DNA of 41,917 nucleotides from Acidimicrobiia bacterium (GTDB lineage Bacteria; Actinomycetota; Acidimicrobiia; Acidimicrobiales; Aldehydirespiratoraceae), in NCBI GenBank assembly GCA_021296315.1, contig JAGWAO010000009.1, positions 1,976-43,892 of the forward strand, in the 5' to 3' direction. A program made the translations under genes and the position numbers. Under the pieces are notes generated by a model. It made no database searches. It saw nothing but the letters and a program-made list of their open reading frames with translations, and had not been told where the DNA came from. Positions 8,614-16,972 of this stretch are shown in pieces (the first letter of the stretch is position 1; every line of letters begins with the position of its first letter).

Positions 8614-10278
8614 CTACCGGCCCATCAGGTCGATCTTGCGCTGCTCGATCTTGCTGCGCAGGGGCGGGAACACCTCTTCGGGATCGATGGAGACGGCGAG
8701 AAGCGCCGGCCCTCCCTCAGACAGGGCCCACTCGAACGCTCGGTCGAGGTCGGCCTCGTCGCTGACCGTGCGAGCCGCAACACCGAAGGCTCGTGCGACT
8801 GCGGCGAAATCGATGGATCCCAGGCGCACGTAGTGGTCCTCGCCGTACATTGCCTCGGCCTGGTGACGGAGGATTCCGAGGGCGCCGTCAACGAAGACGA
8901 CCGCCACCAACGGCAGCCCCAAGTCCTGGGCCACGACGAGTTCGCCCATCGTGTGTACGAAGCCCCCGTCACCGGCGATGGCTACCGCCGGCGTGCCGGG
9001 CAGGGCCACCGCGGCTCCGATGGCAGCCGGAAGGCTGAATCCCATGGCGTCGAACTCGCAGGACTGGAGCAGGCCTTCAGGTCGGCTCACGTCGAGCTGC
9101 TCGCACACCCACAACCGGTGGTTCCCGATGTCGGCCGACACCACCGCTCCGTCCGGCATCGCCCCGTTCAGCGCGGCGATCACTGAGGCCGCGCTCAGGC
9201 CACGAGCCGGATCATTCTGCGGCGGCGTGCGATGTGGCCTCCGGGTGAACCACGGCTCACGCCGGGCCACCCGGCCGGCGACAGCCCCCAGCACCGCCCC
9301 GGCGCGGCCGACGATCCCCTGGTCGACCCGATAGACCCGGTTGATCTGCGAGGAGTCCGCGTCGATCTGCACGATCTGCGCGTCATCAGCGAACAGGCCG
9401 GCGCGCCAGCCGAACGTCGTCTGCTCGCCGAGCGCGCACCCGGCGACGACCACGAGGTCAGCCGTGCCAATGGCGTCCCGGGCGGCCTCGGTGCCGTAGA
9501 AGCCGAGCATGCCGACGCTGCGCGGATGGTTGGTGGAAATGCTCCCAATGCCGGAGCGACTGGTCGCAACGGGAGCGCCGAGCCCCTCGGCCAGCCCGGC
9601 GAGGGCGGCGCTGCCGGCGCTGCGGAGCACGCCGTGACCCGCCAGGACGGCCGGGCGCCGGGCGCGCCCGAGGCGCTCGACGAGTTCGTCGACGGTCGAT
9701 GCGGCCGGAGCCGCCGCCGCGTCGGCTACGGGCGCCAGCGGTTCGGCGGGCCTCGCGGTGTCGGCCTGGAGGTTCTGGGGCAGCGCGATGTGCACCGGGC
9801 CGGGCCGTCCGCACGCGGCGAGCTGCAGCCCGGTGGCAATGAGGTTGGGGACCTCATCGAGCGAGGCGGCCTGCACGGAGCGCTTGCAGAACGGCGCGAA
9901 CAGCCCGACGTTGTCGCAGTGCTGCAAGATGTTGCGGTGGACGTAACGCCTGTCGACCTGTGCGGTGAGAACCAGCAGCGGAATCGAGTCGGCCTGGGCG
10001 TTGGCAACCGATGTGACCAGGTTGGTGGCACCCGGTCCGGGAGCGCCGGACAACACGACGCCGGGCTTGCCGCTGGCCAGCGCGTAGCCCGATGCCATGT
10101 ACCCGGCTCCCTGCTCGTGACGGGCCGGAATCACCGTCGAAGTGCCGGAACTGCCGAGTTCGTGATACGTGGGGAGGAAGTGCCCGCCCGCCACCGTGAA
10201 CAGCGTGTCGATCCCCGCGGTACCGATCGCTTCCGCCATGATGCGGCGTCCTTGTAGGTCGGCCGAGGCTTCAGACAT
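8614..10278 (-). CDS. Thiamine diphosphate-dependent enzyme (acetolactate synthase large-subunit-like)
   Basis: RHEQGAGYMA, GPGATN, RPGPVHI, AMGFSLPAAIGA, GDGGF. Confidence 0.9.
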   Translation of the reverse strand: MSEASADLQGRRIMAEAIGTAGIDTLFTVAGGHFLPTYHELGSSGTSTVIPARHEQGAGYMASGYALASGKPGVVLSGAPGPGATNLVTSVANAQADSIPLLVLTAQVDRRYVHRNILQHCDNVGLFAPFCKRSVQAASLDEVPNLIATGLQLAACGRPGPVHIALPQNLQADTARPAEPLAPVADAAAAPAASTVDELVERLGRARRPAVLAGHGVLRSAGSAALAGLAEGLGAPVATSRSGIGSISTNHPRSVGMLGFYGTEAARDAIGTADLVVVAGCALGEQTTFGWRAGLFADDAQIVQIDADSSQINRVYRVDQGIVGRAGAVLGAVAGRVARREPWFTRRPHRTPPQNDPARGLSAASVIAALNGAMPDGAVVSADIGNHRLWVCEQLDVSRPEGLLQSCEFDAMGFSLPAAIGAAVALPGTPAVAIAGDGGFVHTMGELVVAQDLGLPLVAVVFVDGALGILRHQAEAMYGEDHYVRLGSIDFAAVARAFGVAARTVSDEADLDRAFEWALSEGGPALLAVSIDPEEVFPPLRSKIEQRKIDLMGR

Positions 10279-10407
10279 TGGATCTCCATCCCGAAAGCGG
10301 CACCAGTATCATATAGTCGATCAAATACAGGACTGACCAAGAATCGGCCGCTGCAACTGCTCGATCGCTCATGGAGCCAGCCGACGAATCGTTTACACTG
10401 CCCCCAC

Positions 10408-11025
10408 ATGACGCCGCCATCATCCTCTAATTCAAGCGCCCCGACCGTGGCCGTGACCATGGACGGAGTAATCGCAAACTGGGTCAAGGGCCTGCGAGCC
10501 CATGTAGCCGCCCGCCACGCGGTCGCCGACCGCCAGTTGGCGTTGAACGTCTCCTGGGATCTGTCGGAATGGGGCGTAGAGGACCCCGCAGCGACGATCC
10601 GCGAGTTCCTGCTGTCCCCGATGTCGGGACGGCTCAAGCTCGTCGAAGGCGTAGAGGGCGGCATTGCCGCGCTCCAATCGGCCGGTTTCAGGGTCCTCGC
10701 CGTTACCAGGCGCGACCATATGGTCGGTGACAATCCCGACGACCAGACGAAGACCCGCGAGATCGCCCGCCAGTGGTTCGCCGGTCAGCCGCAGCTCGCC
10801 ATCGACGAGGACGACCTCGTGTTCACGGAGGATCCGGTCGCGGTTGGCGCCGATGTCTGGGTGGACGACGCGCCCCGGCGGGTGAGGCGACTGGCGGAGG
10901 CCGACAAGCCCGTGTGGCTGCTGCCGCAGCCGTGGAACCGGTCGGTCATGCAGAGCGAGGGCGTGATGGTGCTGTTCGACGGCTGGGACTCGGTAGCCGA
11001 TCTGATCGCCGCTCACTCCACCTGA
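10408..11025 (+). CDS. HAD-fold 5'(3')-deoxyribonucleotidase (NT5C)-like protein with degenerate motif I
   Basis: VAVTMDGVIAN (usually DxDGV), VTRR, VWVDDAP, QPWNR. Confidence 0.7.
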   Translation: MTPPSSSNSSAPTVAVTMDGVIANWVKGLRAHVAARHAVADRQLALNVSWDLSEWGVEDPAATIREFLLSPMSGRLKLVEGVEGGIAALQSAGFRVLAVTRRDHMVGDNPDDQTKTREIARQWFAGQPQLAIDEDDLVFTEDPVAVGADVWVDDAPRRVRRLAEADKPVWLLPQPWNRSVMQSEGVMVLFDGWDSVADLIAAHST

Positions 11026-11218
11026 AGCACGCTTGCTCCAAGCCTCGGCGCCGGCGACAGCCCGGCTGGAAGGGATCCCCGCCGGTCCTGTGCCGTAACG
11101 GCCCATCCATGAGCGGTGTCACACCCGCTCCCCATACTCGCGACGAGCGCTGATCGCTCGCCTCGCAGCCCGGGACAACGGGCCGCCTGCACTCCGCAAG
11201 GCGAAAGGCCCCGGTCCC

Positions 11219-12148
11219 ATGTATCCCCATCATCGGATCCTCCCCTATTCCTCCAGGCTCGACGACGGCCGCTGGGTGGAGCACGAGCACCCAGGCGGCG
11301 CCGCGTCGGTGGCAGGAAGTGCCCGAGCGAATGAGACGGGCAAGGATCCACTGCTGCTGGATCTCGCTTCTTGCGCCCTGGACCTGCCCAACGGCGGGGC
11401 CGTTCTGGCCACAAGCACAGGAGCGAGAGCCCCGGTTGATCCCCCCGCCGGTGGCGGGCTTGCGCTCATCGGCCTCAGATGCCCGCCGGAGACCCTTGCG
11501 GTGGCCGCCACTGCCTGGTGCGAGACGCGGTGGCCCGACGGCTGCCGGCGCAGCGGCGCATTGGCGTGGTCGGTCGATCGGCAGGGCCGCTCGTTGGCAA
11601 TGTTTCGCGAGCGGGGAGCCGATGATGCGGAAGTTCTGTCCACGGTCGCGGGAAGCCTGCTCGACGGGGGCCTCCGCGCCCTGGGGCAACCCACAGCGCC
11701 GTGCTCCTCCCCCACCGTGTGGTTCCCCGACGGCGTGTTCCTGCAGCGAGTGTCGAGGCTGCTTGACGAGCGCGGCGCATTGTGTAGGCGCCGCCCGTTG
11801 ACCTGGGACAGGGTCTCGCTGCTCTACCCGCTCAATGTCGTGGGCAAGCCGCTCTCGGCCTGCGTCACCCGACACCTGAGACATGGCTTCCACGAGCGGA
11901 ACACGTGGTCGTCGCTGCGCCGTGGAGTCGTCGAGCAACCCGCCTCGGCTCCAGCGATCCTGCCCGGTCTTGCCCCGGCAGTCGCGGACTGGCTCGACGA
12001 CGGCTCGTTCGCCCGTTGGGTGCTGAGCCGAGTCTCGGACGCTCCCAGCACTCTGGAGTGGCTGTGCGGACGTGTCCACGACAGCCTGGTGCATGCCCTC
12101 TCGGCCGCGCTGGGAGATGTGACCGGTCCGGGCGGAGCAGTCGAATGA
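11219..12148 (+). CDS. Hypothetical protein
   Basis: 309-aa ORF with plausible composition filling the gap between two + strand genes; no motif recognised. Confidence 0.6.
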   Translation: MYPHHRILPYSSRLDDGRWVEHEHPGGAASVAGSARANETGKDPLLLDLASCALDLPNGGAVLATSTGARAPVDPPAGGGLALIGLRCPPETLAVAATAWCETRWPDGCRRSGALAWSVDRQGRSLAMFRERGADDAEVLSTVAGSLLDGGLRALGQPTAPCSSPTVWFPDGVFLQRVSRLLDERGALCRRRPLTWDRVSLLYPLNVVGKPLSACVTRHLRHGFHERNTWSSLRRGVVEQPASAPAILPGLAPAVADWLDDGSFARWVLSRVSDAPSTLEWLCGRVHDSLVHALSAALGDVTGPGGAVE

Positions 12149-12204
12149 AGCGCTCGCTGCGAACCCGCGAGGCGATCTCGGGCCGCATCCATTCGGGCAC
12201 CGGA

Positions 12205-12346
12205 CAAGAGGCCGAGCGTATAGGCGCACGAATCTGGCCCATACGGGCGAGGCCGTGGCCCGAGCGGCCCGTGAGCGAAGCGTACAAGAGCGGGAATGGC
12301 GCCCTTGCGGGGCGACCGGCTTGCATCAATCCGCGCCCGCTCCAAG
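12205..12346 (+). repeat. Dispersed element, copy B
   Basis: CAAG at both ends (12205-12208, 12343-12346); core 12247-12296 (1 mismatch). Confidence 0.9.
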
Positions 12347-12385
12347 TGAATCGGGCCTTGGGGCGCGCCGTTATGCTGGCCGGTC

Positions 12386-14017
12386 GTGACTGGGTCGAGA
12401 CCGAGCGGCGGATCCATCGCTCGCCGTCGCCTGCTGCTCGCATTGGGGTTCGGCGCCACCAACGTTGCCGTGCTCCGCCGACTGGGCTCCGGCGCTACCC
12501 CCGAACCTGAGCAACAGCCCACCTCGCAGGCAACTCCGGCGGAGGGACCGACCACCTCGGCACCGGTGCCGGTCGTCACAGAACCGGAACAGCCATCGGA
12601 GCGGCCGGAAGTTCCGGTACTGGACGAGTCGGCGGCACGAGGCACGGATCAGTCCTTCGACTTGGCCATCGTCGGGGGCCGCGTCATCGATCCCGCTTCG
12701 GGCTTCGATGCCGTGGCCAGCGTCGGCATCAGCGGCTCGACTGTCGCGGCCATCTCGGCCGATCCGGACGCGCCGCCCCTGCAGGCAGCCACGACCATCG
12801 ACGCGACCGGCCTGGTGGTGTCGCCCGGATTCATCGACATCCTGTCGTACAGCCCCAACGGCTACGGCGAGTGGTACAAGCTGGCCGACGGCGTGACCAC
12901 GAACCTGGGGATGCACGGTCTCGACAACCGCGCCGAGAACTGGTTCACGGCCCATCCCGACGGAAGCTCCCCGGTGCACTTCGGTGGGGCCTCCGATCAC
13001 GCCTACGTCAGACAGGTGCACGGCCTTGAGCCCTACGACACCGCGGCGCCGGGCACGCTGGCGGCCATGCTCGAGGACGCCCGGGCCGACCTGCGCAACG
13101 GGTTCATCGGGCTGCACATGCAGCCCGAGTACACCCCCGGCACCAGCGCGGACGCGCTGCTCGCTCACGCCTCGGTTGCCGCGGAGCACGACGTTCCCCT
13201 GTGCGTGCACGCCCGCTACTCCGACAACCTCCCGCCCGGCACCAACCTCCAGGCCATCAGCGAACTCGTCGGCGCGGCCCGCGAGACCGGCGCCCATGTA
13301 CACGTCGAGCACATCAACTCGACCGGCGGCACCGGAGTGATGGCCGAAGCGCTCGGGCGCATCAGCGAGGCGATCGGCGAGGGGCTGTCCATAACGGCCT
13401 GCACGTATCCGTACGAGTTCTGGGCCACGTACCTCAAATCGGCCCGCTACCAGGACTGGCAGGAGAAGTACGGCATCGGCTACGGCGATCTGCAGGTGGC
13501 CGGGACGTCCGAGCGGTTGACCGAGCAGACCTTCGCCGATGCATACGCGACCAACGCTCTCACAGCCGCTTTCGCCATGTCGCCGGAAGACATCGACTTG
13601 CCGCTGCAGGCCGACTTCGTGATGGTCGGCAGCGACGCCATCCTCGACCGGTCACACAACAACCATCCCCGGTCCACCGGGTGCTTCAGCCGCGTGCTCG
13701 GACACTATGTGCGGGAGCGCGGTGTGCTCGATCTGGGGACCGCCCTCGCCAAGATGACGATCCAACCGGCCCGCCTGCTCGAGGGCCGCTGCCCGGCGTT
13801 GCTGCGAAAGGGCCGGCTCGGCATCGGCGCAGACGCCGACATCACCGTGTTCGACCCGGCCACCGTCATCGACCGGTCCACGATCGCCAACCCCGCCCAG
13901 GAGTCCGCCGGCATCCAATGGGTGTTGGTCGAGGGCCAGGTGGCCAGATCGCCCGACGGTTTCACCGGGCTCCAGCCCGCGGGACGGGGCCTCCGGTCCG
14001 ACATCGGCACCGCCTGA
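12386..14017 (+). CDS. N-acyl-D-amino-acid deacylase-like amidohydrolase with putative Tat signal
   Basis: RRRLL twin-arginine-like motif, Pro-rich linker, DLAIVGGRVIDP, SPGFID, DGVTT, MVGSDA, HPRSTGCFSRVLGHYVRE, GADADITVFDP. Confidence 0.85.
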   Translation: MTGSRPSGGSIARRRLLLALGFGATNVAVLRRLGSGATPEPEQQPTSQATPAEGPTTSAPVPVVTEPEQPSERPEVPVLDESAARGTDQSFDLAIVGGRVIDPASGFDAVASVGISGSTVAAISADPDAPPLQAATTIDATGLVVSPGFIDILSYSPNGYGEWYKLADGVTTNLGMHGLDNRAENWFTAHPDGSSPVHFGGASDHAYVRQVHGLEPYDTAAPGTLAAMLEDARADLRNGFIGLHMQPEYTPGTSADALLAHASVAAEHDVPLCVHARYSDNLPPGTNLQAISELVGAARETGAHVHVEHINSTGGTGVMAEALGRISEAIGEGLSITACTYPYEFWATYLKSARYQDWQEKYGIGYGDLQVAGTSERLTEQTFADAYATNALTAAFAMSPEDIDLPLQADFVMVGSDAILDRSHNNHPRSTGCFSRVLGHYVRERGVLDLGTALAKMTIQPARLLEGRCPALLRKGRLGIGADADITVFDPATVIDRSTIANPAQESAGIQWVLVEGQVARSPDGFTGLQPAGRGLRSDIGTA

Positions 14018-14050
14018 GGTCAGTCGGACAGTCATGGAGCCGCGATCACC

Positions 14051-14203
14051 CCAGAGGCCGAGCGGGATAGGGCGCGAACCATGAGAGATGCCACGAGACG
14101 CCGAGCGAGGCCGTGGCCCGAGCGGCCCGTGAGCGAAGCGAACAAGAGCGGGAACCGCGATGCCTGATCGCGAGGCGGTCGCACCAATCCGCTCCTCCTC
14201 TAC
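14051..14203 (+). repeat. Dispersed element, copy C
   Basis: ccagaggccgagcg 14051-14064; core 14105-14154 identical to consensus; right end degenerate. Confidence 0.9.
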
Positions 14204-15395
14204 GGAGCGGGGGGTGGCCTGGGCGCTGTTCGTGCTGCTCGTGGCAGGCGCGGTGGCATCCATCGCGCTGGACTACGGCGACTCCGACACGGCTGCCCCA
14301 CAGGAATCGGCACGAACCGAGTCCTCGCCGACGCCGACCGACCGCACACCCGACGCCTCCGAGGGGCCTGCCGTCACCGCCGCGGTGGACGACGGACCTG
14401 CGTCGTTCACCATCGCGGCCACCGGCGACCTGCTCATCCACGAGTCCGTGGCGAACGCGGCCCGCACGTCCGACGGCTGGGACTTCACGTCGATGTTCAA
14501 CAGGGTCGCTCCGATCCTCAGCCAAGCGGACCTGGCCGTGTGCCATGTGGAGAGCCCGATGTCGCCCAACAACGCCCGCCTCTCCTATTTCCCCGCCTTC
14601 CTGGTGCCCAGAGAGCTGGCCGACGCGATCTCCTACGCCGGCTACGACACCTGCTCACTCGCCTCCAACCATGCGACCGACGCCGGGCGCGAGGGAATCG
14701 TGGGCACCGTAGGCGCCCTCGACCGGGTCCAGGTCGCCCACGCCGGCATGGCCCTCTCGCCGGAGGCCCGCGACCAGGTCACGTTGATCGAGGCGGGCGA
14801 CGCCACCGTCGCGCACCTCTCATACACCTACGGCTTCAACAACGGGGAGCTGGACGCGGACGAGTCCCACCTGTCCAACGTCATCGACGAGGCTGCCATC
14901 CTCGACGAGGCCCGGCGGGCACGGTCCGCGGGCGCAGACTTCGTGATGCTGTCGCTGCACTGGGGCACCAACTACAGCAGCGAACCCGACGAGATGCAGG
15001 TCGGCCTCGGACCCCGCTTGCTGGCCTCCCCCGACATCGACCTGATCCTCGGCCACCACGCCCACATGGTGCAGCCGGTAGTCCAGATCGGCGGGGAGTT
15101 CCTCGTGTACGGGTTGGGCAACTTCCTGTCGAACCAGTCGCCGGAGACCTGCACCGAATGCCCGCTGCCCACCGAGGACGGCGTGATCGTCCATCTCACG
15201 GTGACCGAGGACGAGGCCACCGGCGGGTGGTCGGTCACCGAAGTCGCCCACACGCCCACATGGGTGGATCGCGCCAACTTCGAGATCGTCGATGTGCTGC
15301 GCGACACCAGTCGCGATCCCGGGCTCCTCCAGGACTCCGCTCAAAGGACCGCCTCCGCTCTCGCCTTGCTGGGAACGGCAGTCGAGCCGCGTTAG
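14160..15395 (+). CDS. CapA/PgsA-family (poly-gamma-glutamate synthesis-like) metallophosphoesterase, membrane anchored
   Basis: AATGDLLIH, CHVESP, SLASNHATD, SLHWG, GHHAH, YGLGNF. The alternative start GTG 14214 has an upstream GGAG. Confidence 0.9.
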   Translation: MPDREAVAPIRSSSTERGVAWALFVLLVAGAVASIALDYGDSDTAAPQESARTESSPTPTDRTPDASEGPAVTAAVDDGPASFTIAATGDLLIHESVANAARTSDGWDFTSMFNRVAPILSQADLAVCHVESPMSPNNARLSYFPAFLVPRELADAISYAGYDTCSLASNHATDAGREGIVGTVGALDRVQVAHAGMALSPEARDQVTLIEAGDATVAHLSYTYGFNNGELDADESHLSNVIDEAAILDEARRARSAGADFVMLSLHWGTNYSSEPDEMQVGLGPRLLASPDIDLILGHHAHMVQPVVQIGGEFLVYGLGNFLSNQSPETCTECPLPTEDGVIVHLTVTEDEATGGWSVTEVAHTPTWVDRANFEIVDVLRDTSRDPGLLQDSAQRTASALALLGTAVEPR

Positions 15396-15397
15396 AG

Positions 15398-15446
15398 GCC
15401 GGGCAGAGGCCATTTGAGCCGGGCAGAGGCCATTTGAGCCGGGCAG
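15398..15446 (+). repeat. 20-bp tandem repeat (about 2.5 copies) upstream of carD
   Basis: gccgggcagaggccatttga x2 followed by gccgggcag. Confidence 0.9.
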
Positions 15447-15479
15447 GAACCGGGCCCCGGCGGCTGTAGAATTCATAGA

Positions 15480-15959
15480 GTGAGCTTCAAGGTCGGTGAT
15501 CGGGTGGTCTACCCGCATCACGGCGCTGCTGAGATAGTGAGGCTGGAGAAGCGCACCGCTTTCGGGGAGGAACAGGACTACCTCGTGCTGCGCATGACAC
15601 ACGGCGAGATGACCGTGGCCGTGCCCGCCGACAGGGCCGAGGATGTCGGGATGCGCTGGCCCATCAGCACCGAGGACGTGGACGACCTCTTCGAGGTCCT
15701 GGCCCGCCGGGACGTGCGAGAGCCGGCCAACTGGTCGCGGCGCTACAAGAACCACCAGGAGAAGCTCAAGTCGGGCGACGTGTACCAGGTGGCCGAAGTG
15801 GTGCGCAACCTGGCCCTGCGGGATCGGGCCAAGGGGCTGTCCGCCGGCGAGAAGACGCTCTACAACACGGCTCGCAGCGTGCTGGTGTCGGAGCTGTCGT
15901 TCGCGCTCAATGTGAGCGAGGACGAGGCGTCACGCCGCGTCGATGTTGCCCTGAACTGA
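15480..15959 (+). CDS. carD: CarD family RNA polymerase-binding transcription factor
   Basis: FKVGDRVVYPHHGAA, NWSRRYKNHQEKLKSGD, VAEVVRNL, GLSAGEK. Confidence 0.97.
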   Translation: MSFKVGDRVVYPHHGAAEIVRLEKRTAFGEEQDYLVLRMTHGEMTVAVPADRAEDVGMRWPISTEDVDDLFEVLARRDVREPANWSRRYKNHQEKLKSGDVYQVAEVVRNLALRDRAKGLSAGEKTLYNTARSVLVSELSFALNVSEDEASRRVDVALN

Positions 15960-15970
15960 CTTGCCCTGAC

Positions 15971-15997
15971 CCGGGCTGCGGGTGGACCGCGGCCCGG
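15971..15997. terminator. GC-rich hairpin between convergent carD and SDR genes
   Basis: ccgggctgcgg-gtgga-ccgcggcccgg; 11-bp stem with one G-U pair. Confidence 0.5.
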
Positions 15998-16011
15998 CCG
16001 GCGAGAGCCGC

Positions 16012-16821
16012 TCAGCGGACCAGGCCACCTCCATCGACGATCAGCGACTGGCCGTTGACCATGCTGGCCGCATCGGAGGCCAGCCACACAGCCGCCTCAG
16101 CCACCTCGTCGGGAGTGAGCATGCGGCCGCCGATGTTGGTGGACGCGATCATCTTGGCGATGTCGGCGTTGTCGCCGATGAAGCGCCGGATCATGGGAGT
16201 GTCGGTCGAGCCAGGAAGCACGGCGTTGACCCTGATGCCACGGCGGGCGTACTCCTGGGCGGCCGCCTTGGTCAGCCCGACCACACCGTGCTTGGCCGCG
16301 GTGTAGTGGGGCTGGCCCGGAGCGGCCACCACGCCGGCTCCCGACGAGGTGTTGACGATGGCGCCACCGCCCTGGGTGGCCATGTGGCGCAGCTCGTGCT
16401 TCATGCACAGGAACACGCTGGTCAAGTTGACCGCGATCATGCGGTCCCAGCGGGCCAACTCGAGCTGGTCGAACTCCGACATCATGTCGGCGATCCCGGC
16501 GTTGTTGAAGGCGATGTCGAGACGGCCGTGCCGCGCCACGACCCCGTCCACCATCGACATGACGGCAGCCTCGTCGGTCACGTCCACCGCCACAGCCGAA
16601 GTCCGCGGCTGCGGCCCGCCGGAGTTGATGGCGTCCGCGGTCGCCCGCGCGCCCTCGCCGTCGACATCAGCCACCACGACATGGGCCGCACCCTGCGCGG
16701 CGAACTGCCGGGCTGCGGCCTGGCCGATCCCGCCCGCGCCGCCGGTGACCAGAACGACCTTCCCGTGCGCGAGGCCGCTCACCGCGGCCCCGCGGCCCTG
16801 CGGGCCGGGCTCAGCAGTCAT
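16012..16821 (-). CDS. SDR family NAD-dependent oxidoreductase
   Basis: TGGAGGIG, NNAG, YTAAK, IRVNAVLPG. The start may be GTG 16782. Confidence 0.93.
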   Translation of the reverse strand: MTAEPGPQGRGAAVSGLAHGKVVLVTGGAGGIGQAAARQFAAQGAAHVVVADVDGEGARATADAINSGGPQPRTSAVAVDVTDEAAVMSMVDGVVARHGRLDIAFNNAGIADMMSEFDQLELARWDRMIAVNLTSVFLCMKHELRHMATQGGGAIVNTSSGAGVVAAPGQPHYTAAKHGVVGLTKAAAQEYARRGIRVNAVLPGSTDTPMIRRFIGDNADIAKMIASTNIGGRMLTPDEVAEAAVWLASDAASMVNGQSLIVDGGGLVR

Positions 16822-16972
16822 GAGAGCACGCGCGAGCAGGCGAGAGCCCGTCGTGTCGCAGCGGTGTCACTCCCGCTCTTGTTCGCTCCGCTCACGGGCC
16901 GCTCGGGCCACGGCCTCGCTGGGCGTTTCGCCGATCTCCTCACGGATTCCCGCTTACGCTCTCGGCCTCTAG
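16819..16972 (-). repeat. Dispersed element, copy D
   Basis: Core 16870-16919 (2 mismatches); ctcggcctctag 16961-16972; other end CATG 16819-16822. Confidence 0.9.

Noticed and set aside
8614-10278. Calling the ThDP enzyme ilvB
   Set aside because: No ilvN or ilvC neighbours, a divergent sequence and a catabolic context.
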